Part shown: in pieces, positions 15,624 to 28,266 of the stretch
How positions within the stretch are numbered: position 1 is the first letter of the stretch
Layout: the number at the start of each line of letters is the position of its first letter
Source: Ministeria vibrans ATCC 50519
Lineage: Eukaryota > Protista > Filasterea
NCBI GenBank assembly: GCA_943704425.1
Contig: CALSCP010001488.1
Coordinates: 16,938 to 80,937 of the forward strand
Length of the DNA: 64,000 nucleotides
Direction: 5' to 3'
Position numbers and translations under genes: made by a program
Notes under the pieces: model-generated
The model's database searches: none
The model's input: only the letters and a program-made list of their open reading frames with translations
Told to the model about the DNA's origin: nothing

Positions 15624-16058
15624 CCTCTTTGTTTCCGTTTTCACTCGACACAGTGTACCTTTGCGTCGGCAAGACCCTCGGCATCGTTTTCAAGGTCGAT
15701 GATTCTGAGCATGAGGCGCCGTTGCGACGGCGTGTGGACCGCCACAAACGTTCCGGGATTGTTCAACGCATTCAAACCTAAGCGAAGAATGAAAGGGAAA
15801 GGATCAGAATAGGGGACTGTGTGGGGGAGGGGGGCGCGGGAGGGGGCTGTGCTGGGCAGCGGGGTTGTCATGGGCGCGAAGGAAGGAGCGCCAGACGTGT
15901 AGACTGCGGTGAATGCCAAAAGAGGGATCGTTGTTTTTTTTTTTCTTCTTTCTTTCTTTTTCATCTTTGAAACGCGTACCAATGACACTTTCAAGTCTGT
16001 AATCATCGGGAGATATAGTCACTGGCACGCAACTCTTTCTATTCGAAAAGAGCGGCAT
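13671..16058 (-). CDS. STRAD: STE20-related adaptor pseudokinase with acidic C-terminal tail
   Basis: Kinase fold with HRN instead of HRD and no VAIK lysine; [32 protein letters not shown] and ILLYKL match STRADA/B. Confidence 0.8.
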
Positions 16059-16274
16059 GCAAGCGAAAATAAGTGATCAGTGATCAACAATTACACAGTC
16101 ACTCTCGAGACTCAGTCGGTCAGTGTGTGACTGACGCAACGCATTCACACTACTCAGGCAGTGAGTGGATCAGACTTCCCACCGACTGAGTCTGACCCTC
16201 GGCCAATTGACCAATATACATGTCAATACGTCAACACCATTCATAAAAGTAATAACACTATGATTATAAAAATT

Positions 16275-19132
16275 CTACACTCCCGCATCGTCGGCACTGA
16301 GCTGAAGACTCATCAGAGTATCAGTAAGACGGGTCAGCGAGTCGTTCTCGGCCTCGAGCATTGGGTGGAGTTTGATCAAATGATCGGACATCATTTGATC
16401 GCTCGGCGTCCGTTGTTGCTGCTGCTGTAGCTGCAGTTCACGACTCAAGATGAGATCTTCGTCTGTCTTGACACGGACCTCAGCCATCCGCGTGTGCAGC
16501 TCTTTCACAGCCTTGTGCGCAGCATCAATTTCAGCGTGGAAACGTCGTTCGTTGTCGGACAAGACAGGCTGGTGCTGATGGAGCAGCTGCAGAATCAGAT
16601 CGAGTTGCTCGGTGAGACGCGACTGGCGCGTCCGCACCTGCGCCACCACCTCAGTGGTCTCATCCAGTGCATTGCGCACCCCACGCACCGTCGTCTTGAG
16701 TTCATCCACTTCGCGTTCCTGCTGCAACTGCAGGCGCTCATTGTATCCGATTCTAACATAAAATGCACAAAAATGATTTTTGAGTGCACAATGCAATCGA
16801 TTGGTGCTCATCATACCTTGACTTAATTTCACTAAATGCTTTGCGACAGCTAACAATGTGGCTTTCGCGCAGCATGGCGGTGGCATTGAGAAGCAGCTGA
16901 AGGGACTCTTCGCCAGCACAGTCGGGTAGCACACTCTTGGTCTTGGAGGCAATGTGAGGCACAGCGGACGACTCGGTCGCACTGAGAATGTCACGGATGC
17001 GCATGTCAAAGCGCTGTTCGTGGTTGTCACTGTCCTTGTTGATGTCGTTGTTGCTGTCGGTCATGGTATTCTTTTGATGACTGGCGAAGAGAGGAAGAGA
17101 AGCACTGCCATTGGAACCAGCGCAACTGTTGGGGGTCGTGAGAGAGAGAGGCAGGACGACACTCTGCAGTTGGGCACTCACAGCGACGGCAGAGTAGCCG
17201 CAGCGGTGGTCACTCACAATGCCCAGTCCGTAGACAGGCGACGGTTCGCTGTATAATATATATAAACGCAAGAAGATTAGAAGAAAAGCGAATCAAACAA
17301 AAAAAACAAAAAACTGGTACCAGTGCGAGAGGGGCATTGTCTGGAGAAGGTCCATGACCAGCGCGGGTTTAAGGTCAATAATGGCGGACAGTTCAGGGGC
17401 ACCGCCCCCACTGTCGTCATCATGGATATTGGTCGTGGAGTAGTTGTAGGTGCTGTCACTGCTTGCGGCGGTGAGGAATTGAGACATTTGAGTGAGCCAG
17501 GTGAGCGTGATGCTGTGGACACCCGCTCGATGAGCACAGAGGATGCGTGAGGGCATTAGTGGGTCCACATGGAGGGTCACGGCACCCCCACACCACAGCG
17601 CACTCTTGTCCTCGTCGTCATTGTACTCGTCTGCCGTGCTGCCGCTGCTCTTCAAGGGTGGCAGACACAAGTCAATGCGCTCGTACACATGCAACTGGGT
17701 AAGCATCATGGGCTCCCCTGCGGCACACGACGCACCCTGGCTTGCCGACGATCCTTTGTTGTGCTCCCATTTGGGCAATAGATCGCACAAATGCAACATG
17801 ACAGTGACACGGCCACTTGCGCGTGCACTCACAATAGTCAATGGCGCACTCTCGACCACCACAACGGCACAGGCATCATCGACGAGGGCGCTCTCCTCCT
17901 CCGCCTCGTCTCCTTCGCTCTCCTCAACCTCACGCTCAAGCACCTCATAGGGACCCTGGATACTCACAGGGCGTCGCTCAAACGTACGCGGAGCCGTCAC
18001 GACCACAAAGGCACTCTCTTCCGACAAGGATCTTGCACCACTACCCATGCCCCCGCGGACACTCTCGGCGAGTCCTTGCAACCATCGCATCCGCATCTGC
18101 CACTCCTGGTGCGTCTGTGCATCCGCCATGTCATTTAGAACGTCTTCTTCGATTTCTCGACATTGTGTGCGGGTGTGCTCCATGAGATCCTTGAGAAGTT
18201 TCCGCGGGAGAACGCTGAAAAATTGAAAAATATATAATAATTATTATTAATAATATTATTATAATTAATGTAACATTTTTATGTGCATTCCTTTCCTTTT
18301 TACCTCTTTTTGGGGATAAGTGGCGAGACGGTTTGAACGTCGCCATTATCAAGTAAAACGACAATGCCAAAGGTGTGCCAGCCAGAGGAACCGGCAAAGT
18401 CAAAGGAGATGGGGATGGTTGGGAGGCGAGAGGCGCCCATGACGGAGAGATTGAAGGAGCTAGCGCCTGTGCCAAGCACCACCGTGGCCTCCTCGCCGCT
18501 GGAAGTGGACGACAGAGCACTCAATGACAGTGGCGATGCGGCCGCTGCGGATTCTGCTTTGAATGTGCGAGGCGCTGCGGAGGCAGGTGGAGCAACATTG
18601 AAGAGTCGCAGGACGTTGTCGTTTGTGAGCACGACAAGGTGCGAATCGGTCGCGCTGAGTGGGTGCCATCGAGCCTGTACAATGGTCAAGGATGGGACAC
18701 GACGGAACAGGCTTTCGGCCACACCGCGCGTCGTGCAGGCGTTCGTTGAACGCCGTGACGCCGCCGTCTGCTGCGGCACTTCGGCAACGCGGATGCCTCG
18801 CGCGCCAATGAGCGCAACCCGCGCGCCCGTCACGCTTCTTTCAATCTGGACCACGTCAAACAGAGGCGGAGGTCGACATTCAAGCTCCTGTTGCCACAAA
18901 ACAAAGGGGAGACGGGGAGAGACGACACACGGAGTGAGTTGTTCAAACGGCTGTTCGCGTCCCCCACAGTCCACACCTGAAACGAAGGCTCCCCGTCGCG
19001 TAGCGAGCCTCGCCGCAGCACGGGCGCTTGCCATACTAAAGCATCCGAACCGTGTATTGAGACCCATTGGCGAGGGCGCGTCGACGGCGCTTCTTGGTCG
19101 TCGACGAGCACTTCAAAGATGTCCGTTTTCAT
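16275..19132 (-). CDS. NUP88: Nucleoporin Nup88/Nup82
   Basis: N-terminal propeller motifs QARWHP...SHLVVLTNDNVLRLFN and DNGDV, H.AGVHSITLTW, C-terminal coiled coil with PVLSDNERRF..E. Confidence 0.88.
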
Positions 19133-19356
19133 GTGCCAAAAAAAAAAAAAAAAATGTGATTTTTCATTTGTGATCACAGATGAAAAATCATAATCGCGCT
19201 ATTCAATGAGACTCTAAAGTCTAAGTCCTTTAAGAATGTAGATTGTAAAGGGTTTAAGCAAAGTAAGCATGTGATGGGTCGATACTTTTTGAGAAATAGT
19301 CCCAATCACTGAATCACAACTCATATAAATGATAATCATTATAATTATTATCATTA

Positions 19357-20263
19357 ATGGATCTTTGGACGATTTGTCTGCTTACTGTCGTCGCAGGGGG
19401 CGCCTTTGCGGCTCCGTGCACAGGGGAAGGGCGTGGATTTGGCACGGCCAAGCATGTTCTGCTGGTCGGAGTCGACGGCTTTGGCGGACTGTATCTGGAG
19501 AATGCAACTTCGTTTCTACCGAACTTCAATCGGTAAGTGCCAACCGTGCCTCAGCTCCCACGCGCTAACTGGGCCTCGAATCGACCAGATTTTACAAGGA
19601 AGGGACCACTTCAACGCGTATGCGCAACCAGATGCCAACAGTGTCGGCGCCCAATTGGTCTACGACGATTTGTGGGATGGTAAATATTTTGGTTTGTTTT
19701 TCATGTTTGTTTATATAATTACATCTCTTGATTCTCTATTTATTTTTCTATTAATTTCGTTTTGTTTTTATTTTTGAGCGTGACGTTAGTATTGTTTTGT
19801 CGTCTCTCCACTGCTTGTTTGTGATTCATTTTTTTTTGTTTCATCGTGATGTTGTTTTGTGATATTTTCTAAGTAAGTTTGGTATACTCTGTCTCACACT
19901 GTCTCACCGACTTAGGCACCCGAGGACTCGGGTGTGTTTGACAATTCGTGGGTGCCTGCTGACGATGGTCTCTCGGATGTGACGGTGGAGCAGATGCCGC
20001 CCATGAGTGGCGCCGGACGCATTCCCGAAACACAATGGCGTGCGCTGCACAACCAAGACCCCACTGCGAAAATCGCCGTGTCCATCTCATGGGACTGGAT
20101 CAATTACCTCATTGAGCCTGACGTTGTCACGCACAGGTACAGATGTGCAATGGCTTGGAGCTTACTCACGCTGACACTTTGCACACATACACAAACAAAC
20201 AATCACGTTCCCTATCCATACTCTCATACATACATACATACACACACATACATATACACACAT

Positions 20264-20311
<48 letters not shown>

Positions 20312-20319
20312 ACACACAC

Positions 20320-20416
<97 letters not shown>

Positions 20417-20969
20417 CACACATAGTTTCCGCGGAAAGGAGAATGACACGGCTGTTGGTGAAGCAATGAACAAATTCATCAGCGACAAGCCATCGCTGAT
20501 GTTTGTGCACTTTGACTCGGTGGACGAAGCGGGTCACGCACACGGCTGGGGCTCCAGTGCCTACTACGATGCAGTCAAGGCAGTCGATGCTCTGTTGGGA
20601 GGGTTCTTCAGTGCACTCGAAGCAAATGATATGCTTGAAGACACACTGTTTATGGTGACAGCTGACCATGGAGGCTGGAAGCTCGGCCACGGCCTGAACA
20701 ACGCCGCTTGCTTCTGTAACAATATGTGTGTGTTTAGTGTATTGACTGTGGTGTGACTCACGTGCTCTTGACTGTTCTTCCCCCCTTTCCCGCGCCCCTC
20801 CACACACACAGACATTCCTGCTCTCTTCCGCGGTCCGGGAGTTACGAAGAGTGGCAGCATTGAGTCGTACACAACCAACCGCGACTTCTCCGCCACTGCG
20901 CTCTACGCCCTTGGCATGCAGCAGGGGCCCTTCTTTCAGGGAAAGCCCGTGCTCGACATATACCAATAA
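19357..20969 (+). CDS. Secreted alkaline-phosphatase-superfamily (nucleotide pyrophosphatase/phosphodiesterase-like) enzyme
   Basis: Signal peptide MDLWTICLLTVVAGGAFA; metal and nucleophile motifs VLLVGVDG, PTVSAPNW, D.VDEAGH.HGW, VTADHGG. Confidence 0.88.
20225..20412. repeat. (CA)n microsatellite in an intron
   Basis: Seen directly. Confidence 0.95.
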
Positions 20970-21247
20970 TATTTGAACCCCTTTAGTATCATTTTGAGTT
21001 GATAAATAAATAAATAAAATTCTATTATTAATTATTACACTTTTCGCGTTTGTGTCTTCTGAGCACACTCAGCAGTCAGCACAGCATGATCGTGGCATTC
21101 GTGGGGACTGGGAAGAAGAGCCGGAGCATCCAACATCTTTCAATACGGGCGCGGGCCTCAAACAAACTCATCTTGTTGACGCAATTTTGAAAGAATGGTT
21201 AATGAATAATTTTAATTTTTCAAGTCACACATTCAAATTCACTCGTT

Positions 21248-22369
21248 ATGTTATCCTGCTTTTGCCTGGCGCTTGCTTGGGTGGCTGTGTTAGGCGAAGA
21301 GTCGACGGGCGAGTGGGGCGGCTTCTCCGAAGAGATACTCATGCGAGTGCACGCGCCCGCCGAAGTGCGCTACCTGTTTCGCCTTCTCCACTCCATGGAG
21401 TACGCTGGCGACTTCTCTGACGTGCCGTCTAGCCTTGAGCTGACTCTTACCGATCCTCTCGACGGCTGTAAACCGCTGGAGAACGCCGCAGAAGTGCAGG
21501 GTCGAGCAGCACTTATGAAACGAGGGTATTTTGCACTGTTGCGCCTCTCCTCATCGCCTCACTGTCCCCTCGTCTGTGTCCTTCCCCCCACTCTCCTCTC
21601 GTAGAGGATGCTCCTTTGTGGAGAAGGCTGACTTTGCCGAGCAAGCTGGCGCAGTTATGAGCATCATTTTCGATAACCGAATCGACGTACTAAACAGAGA
21701 GAGAGAGGGAAAAGAGGACAAAGTGGTGGAAATAATCAGAGTGATAGAGAGAGACACAGAGTAATAGAGAGAGAGACAAAGTGATAGAGAGAGAGACAAA
21801 ATGATAGAGAGAGAGAAAGTGATAGAGAGAAACAGAATGTGATAGAGAGAGACAGAATGATAGAGAGACAAAGCGAGAGAGACAAGATGAGAGAGAGAAA
21901 CAAATGAGGAAGAGAGAAACAAAGTGAAGAACAAAGTGATGTGATTGAGAGAGACGAAGGGAGGATATTCTAACGTTGTATGATTAGGATCGATCACGTT
22001 GGGTTGATATGATCGGTGATGGCAAAACGTTTCTTTCCGGACCGTCCTGTTTTATGATCAACGCAGACGGGTAACAACTAAACACGAAAGTAACCGAAAA
22101 TTGAAAATGAGACTAAATTTTATATCGTTAGTGAGCATTTACGCACTGCCATTCTCGACTATGGGCCTATTCCGATCAGCATTCCCGTCAACGTCTCGTC
22201 CATTTCACTCATATCAGAAGGTTCGTTACAACGGAAAAAAATGTCTCTCCACTGACACACACACACATCATTGTGTTTCTTCTTTCTCCCTCCTCTCTCT
22301 CTTTTTCTCACTGTCTTTGTTTTATTAGACTATCCTTATTCTGAAATGTCTCCGTGGACGCAATGGTAG
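21248..22369 (+). CDS. PRADC1: Protease-associated (PA) domain-containing protein 1
   Basis: Signal peptide, DPLDGCKPLEN...AALMKRGGCSFVEKA..AEQAGA (PA domain), C-terminal IPVNVS...PWTQW* like PRADC1 PPWTFW. Confidence 0.85.
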
Positions 22370-22578
22370 ATCAAAACAACGTGTCAATAAGACGGAACAA
22401 AAAGTATCCAGTAAAATAATTATGTATCAAACAATACAAACCACAAAAAAAAACTTATATTTCCTTTCAGTTCGTCATAACACCAACAATAAAATATTAA
22501 TACTACAGCCCTCTCTACTTATTTTGATGGCGAAAAAAAAATATTATTATTTTTATACAATTGATTCTTTTTTTGGTA

Positions 22579-24417
22579 TCAGTGGTGTTGGTGTTTGAGT
22601 CTAAGAGCGTTTTGAGCAAGCACAGCCACCGCTCCAAAGTTATGGGTGCGCTCAGCAACATCAATGGGGAGTAAGTGGTCGTGGTTGGAGATGCGTGCAT
22701 CCGCACCATGCTGTGGGTAGAAGAAGAAAGAGGGGAAGATAGTTGTGAGTGTGTGTGTTGCGTGTGGTTGCTGTACAGTCAAGAGTAGTGTTGGTAATAG
22801 AATGGAAAAGAGAGATAGTTGTGAGTGTGTGTGCGTTGTGTGTGGTTGCTGTACAGTCAAGAGTAGTGTTGGTAATAGAATGGAAAAGAGAGATAGTTGT
22901 GAGTGTGTGTGTGTTGTATATGGTTGCTGTACAGTCAAAACGAGTAGAGTTGGTAATGAGATAGTTGTGAGTGTGTGTGTTGTTGTTGTTGCAGGGTCAG
23001 TGTCGTGTTTATGACTGTTGGTTATGTGGGTGTGTTTTTATGTGTTTCATTCTGTGCTCTTGTTGCGTGTATAATTTGTGACTGATTGATTGCACTCACA
23101 TCACATAATATTATGCGATTAGGAGTGGGTTTGTTTTGATTGAGATCCCAAAGACACACACAAAAGAACTAATAATTAGACGTTTTGTTACTTGGAGGAG
23201 TAGTGTGATGATGTCAACGTGGTTTTTCTCGGCACACAAGTGCAGTGCCGTCCGCCCTATTCTGTCTGTCTACACTCAAAAACAACAACATAACGATGAG
23301 CTTCCCTTACCACTAATAATAATATCAATAGTATACCTTTTGAACGTCTGCTCCCGCTACGAGGAGCTCTCTTGCTGACTCAGTCGCGCCCACTGATGCA
23401 GCCCATAACAACGGCGTGAATCCTGCTGCGTCAACGCGATTCACTGCGGCCCCTCCACCCACCAGCAACGGTATTACTTGGTGTGCATTGTTTCTAGCTG
23501 CTAAGTACAGCGTCCCGTAACTGTGTTCGTTGACAGCGTTTGCATCTGCGTGCACATTCATGAGAGAGTCAACACTCTGTATGTGTGTGTGTGTGTGTGT
23601 CTGTCTGTGTGTGACACACATTATGTCTCTTACCTGCTCCCGCTAATAAAAGAATTCGTGTCATTTCTACGGCACCAGCCGCCGCCGACGCATGAAGTGG
23701 GGTCCAGCCCCAGACATTTGCTTCGCTCAGCTCGTCCAAAAGAATATCCTAACGCACAAAAAAAACCGTTTTTCAAAAAAAAAAAAAAAAACCGTTTTTC
23801 AAAAAAAAAAAAAAAAACCGGCACAAGTCTCTTGCGGGAGCTACAGGCTAAATAACGACCCCGTCACAAGCGCCCATGAAGGCCATGCTGTGTATATCGT
23901 CACAGGCGCCAAAAGACGACTGCTGCAAACCGCCTGAGAGAGATCCGACGACCACTTTTGATGACGAGAACTTTACGTTTGCACTGTCGATGATTAGAAT
24001 CGTATAGTGCAAAATAAGAGGCGCACGCGATGCGCGAGCCAACACAGGGTCTCGATCCACCGTGTGGATCACACTTGGTAGGGCTGTGGAGCAACAGGGA
24101 CTGATTTTCAGATCCAACTCAGTGCCTCGTCAAAAAAAGAATCGCCTTGGCGCCACCAGAGCGATAGAGGCCCAGATAGCGGGAGTGGCGTGCACCACCA
24201 GACACACATGCACCCTGTCCACCATTCCCATGCATTCGATGCAGCAGAGAGGGCACAGCAGGACCGCTACAGCGACATTTCCGATTTAAGGTACCTCCTT
24301 GTCCTCAAGTAGCAACTTTTCTACTTGCTCGTAATCGTCCGCTAACACAAGCTCGTGTAGTACACAGTCCGAGTCATTACCAGTCGCCATCAGGCGCATG
24401 ATGCCATTTTGGGACAT
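22579..24417 (-). CDS. Ankyrin-repeat protein
   Basis: Spliced exons with GWTPLHASAAAG, GFTPLLWAASVG, GRTALHLCAEKN. Intron 1 is 24294-23749. Confidence 0.88.
22736..22980. repeat. Intronic minisatellite, ~78-bp unit, about 3 copies
   Basis: Repeated AGATAGTTGTGAGTGTGTG...GGTTGCTGTACAGTCAA...GTTGGTAAT. Confidence 0.9.
23815..24287 (-). ncRNA. Putative structured intronic ncRNA, family unknown
   Basis: Nested complementary helices found by eye, G-U pairs mostly favouring the minus strand, 5'-3' closing stem followed by a long U-tract. Confidence 0.5.
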
Positions 24418-24767
24418 GGTGCTCCGGAATAAAAATTGTGAAATCTGCAGTGAGTGCGTGAGAATATCAAAATTATTCAAGATAACTTCAATATCACTTC
24501 AACATCGTCCTGAGATCCAATTGTGGGCAATATAGTAGCGGTGTGCGCTCACATAACCAGGTTAGTCGTTGCATTTAACAACTTGAGATTAATCATTGAT
24601 GATTGTTTAGCGAGAGAACTGAGGAAGCAACGTTTCACTTTCGTATTAATGATCGAATCATTCACAATACGACGAGTAATTATTTCATATTATATTGATA
24701 TATTCAATTTAATTTCACGTAAAATTGAAAAACATCCTTGCCTTTCTCTTCGTGTTACAACTTGACC

Positions 24768-27700
24768 ATGGCGGACGTCAAACGATCGCTGCTGGATCAC
24801 TTAAAACGTACCGTTTAGCCCCTTTTTGTGCCATTCCTTCTCCCTTTGACGCTTTTTTCCCTTCCTCTGCTCGCTCAGGCACGGTGACAGCCCTCAAGGC
24901 ACAGACGGGACCCTTGACGGACACTGTGCAGGATGTGCACACGCTCTGCGCCGTACTGGAGCGCATTCTCATGCTGGGCCTGACGCGTGATTCGTCGTAT
25001 TTTGAGTTCTTTTTGATGGCGCTCGACGAAGCAGACGGCACGCGCGACGACATCCTGCACATTGCCAAGATGGCCGGACAGTCGACCAACCTGGGGTCGG
25101 GGCGCGCGCTCATCCGCCACCTGCTCAACACAAAGGCGCTGGCTGAGTCGCTGCAGCTCGCCATGCACACCGACGCCATTGCGACCTTCTACGCGCCGTC
25201 CGCCAGTCTCCTGCGCGACTCGCGCCAATCCGCAGCCGTCCTCGACGTCCTCTACGACCTCATGGACATTGAATTTGCCCTCAAGACCTCCGCTGTCAAG
25301 CTCGACCGCTCGTGGCCGCGCGCCGACGAAGTCAAAGCCGAAGAGTTACGTGTCGCTGCCGCAAACGCCGCGCTGCTCGCCGAAACTGCCTCCATTCTGT
25401 CCATCACCACCGCCGCAAGCAACACACACTCGGCGGTTGCAGGATCGGGCGCCGCCTTGACCTCCGCACCGAATGTAGGTGCGGGTGCTAATGCACACAC
25501 ACTCGGCAACGGAGGCGAGTCGCTTCTCTCGCATGCAGCCGTCATTGAGCACCTCGAGGCAGAGCACACGGTCACAGTGCAAAGATTAGAAGCGAAAATA
25601 GTCGAGATGGAACAATCGAAAAAGGACAACGAGGCGGCGTGGCGTACCACAGTGCAAAACCTCAATGCCGAAGTGGGTCACTTGCGCACGGGACTCGAAG
25701 AGTCGCGATCGCGTGCGGCCGCTCTCGACAACGACGACGAGGAGGACGCCAAGAGAGATCTTGCTTTGGCACGAGCTGATGCGGCGCAGGCTGCGACAGC
25801 CAAAGCTGCGCTGGAAGCCGAGCTGGAGCGCACACAGAGCGAGCTGGCACAGTCGCTGGTGCGCATTGAGGCTGCCGAGGCAGCTCGTGCTGCTGCCGAT
25901 GCCGAGGTTGCCTCGTCACATGAGAGCCGCCTGCACGAAGGCTCGCAATTGCAGTCGCGAGACGCTCGCATCGCTCAACTGGAGGAACAGGCGACGAGCG
26001 TTGAGCAGGAACGGACGCGACTCGAGGAGGCAGTACAAGCGCGCGACTCCGAGACGGAACGACTGCAGTCCGAATTGACGACGCTCCACGAGGCACATGC
26101 AGCACTACAGTTTGATTTGGCAGCCGCACAAGACTCGCTTGTGCAGAAGCTGGAGATGGAGCGGGCACGCACGGCCGCTGACCAGAGTGACCTGGAGCGA
26201 CGACTCGCAAGTGTGCAGGCACAGCTGAGCGACTCCACTACGCAGCATGCGCGCGAAATGGAACAAGCACGCGAGGATCACTCGAGTGCCCAGGACACCC
26301 TGAGACTACAGCTTGCCGACGAACACGCTGCTCATGTGGCCCAGGTGCGTGGCGAACTGGAGGCTCGCGTCGCCCAGCTCGAGGAACAGCTGAGCGAGGC
26401 ACTTGCCGCTCACTCGGATGTATCGTCGTCGACGGACGAACGCGTTTCTCAGCTCAATGACCAATTAGTCGGTGTCACAAGCGAGCGAGACGCATTGGAG
26501 ACTGCACAAATGACACTTGCAACACGGGTGGAGACACTCGAGAGTGAGCAGCGCAGTGCGAACGAGGCGCACGCGACTGTGCTGGCGCAACGCGACGAGC
26601 GCATTGTCGAGCTGGAGAGCGAGGCGCGCGCATTGCAGGAGCAGGTGCAGCACCTGACCGAGGCGGCCGATGCCATTGCGGAAAATGTACGGTTTGAGAC
26701 GGGCGATGCCATTATGGCGCGCGAGGCTGCCGAGGTGGCGCTTCAGGAGATCCAGGTAGAGGTGGCCGCGCTGCGCACGAGTACCGATGAGGCAGTGGAG
26801 AGTGCTCGTGGGGCGGAGGAGCGTGCGCTACAGGCGACCGAGGCTCGCGACACGGCTGTGGGTGCCATGGAGGCGTTAGAGACGCGTATGCGGGAGACGG
26901 AGGAGCGCGCTAGTGCAGTTGAGAAGCAGTTGGCCGAGACGACGGCGCAGAACGAGGTGCTTGCGGAGGAAAAGGCTCGGTTGCAAGAGCAAGTGGAGCA
27001 GGCACAGAAGGCGGTGGCGGGCGACGACGAACAGCTGCGACGCGAAGTCATTGAGAAGACCATTGCCAAGCAGAAGTTGTGGCAACGGGCTGCGTCGCTC
27101 GAAGATCGCCTGCACCGACAGGTGACAGAGACGTGGCGCAACGACGAAGAGGTGCTAGAGTGCGAACGGTGCAAGGCCGTCTTTTCGTTTCTTCTGCGCA
27201 AACATCACTGTCGTTCGTGTGGCGGTGTATTCTGCCACGACTGTAGCAACAAGTGGGTGATGTTATCGTTCAGCAACCGACCCGCGCGTGTCTGCATTCC
27301 CTGCGACATATTCATTGCGTCGCTTAAGGATCGCGGTGCCGACGGCGAAGACGACTCCGTCTCGGCCCTCACACGCACCATTGTCACCAATGCCGACGAC
27401 CAAAACATAGATGGCGACGACAGCGACGAAGAGTACCACAAGCGACGCGCTCAACGCTCAGGCAAGGCGGCCAAGAGACGGTCCACCGACACGAACGCGT
27501 CTACCACCGCCACCGATACTGCAACTGCTACTACAAGTGCTTCTCTCGTCAAGCACAAGCCGCGCTTCTCCCTTCCCGAGAGTGACCCTCGCTTCGCAAC
27601 CACTCCCGTCATTCATCCAGGCGACGTAATAACCATATTATTTATTTTTTATTTTATTTATCTGAATTGTTGTTTGTTTTTTCGTGTAAATCTTGTGCAT

Positions 27701-28040
27701 TTAGGAGACTGACGATGAGGCTGAGACGCGCAGCACTGGCAGCAGTGCGACTCCCAGCAAATGGGGTTTTTCTGACTTTCTCAAGTCCCTCACAGGTTCA
27801 GATGAGCCTCAATCCGTCTCATCATCACGGCCCCAATCTCAGGCTCAGGCTCAGGCTCAGTCTCAAAGCGACAGTGCTACGCCCGTTGTGTCTAGTAGCA
27901 CTGGTGTCGATATGGAGTGTGTGACTGTACGTGCTGGCCGTTCCTTTGAGCTTCCCGTTATTGTTGATGGTCCAGACTATCTCGTCAATTGGGAGTTTAA
28001 GACTGCTCCAAAGGACATTGCGTTTGGCGTCTCGTACAAG
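24768..28040 (+). CDS. FYCO1: FYCO1-like RUN - coiled coil - FYVE - GOLD protein; GOLD domain truncated in this assembly
   Basis: RUN (LCAVLERIL..GL, GRALIRHLLN, FY...A.LLRD), long coiled coil, FYVE (W..D, RKHHCRSCG, RVC), start of GOLD (WEFKTAPKDIAFGVSY). Confidence 0.85.
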
Positions 28041-28266
28041 GTATGCGACAAAATTAATGATGACAAGAGACACAGTTATTCACAATTCACTTTCTTCCTT
28101 CTTTCTCTCTCTCTCTCTTTCTTTCACTTTGTTTCTCTCTCTTTCTCTCTCTTTTCTTTCTTTCTCTCTCTCTCTTTGTATCACTTTGTTTCTTTCTTTT
28201 TTGTATCTCTCTCTCTCTCTCTCTCCCTCTCTCTCTCTCTCTCCCTCTCTCTCTCTCTCCGCTCAG

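Noticed and set aside
23815-24287. Assignment as SRP RNA, U12 snRNA, RNase P/MRP or group I intron
   Set aside because: Only short coincidental matches (GCUGUAGCGGU, CAGG..AGCAG without a GNRA stem, AAAUAACGA); diagnostic cores are missing or in the wrong order.
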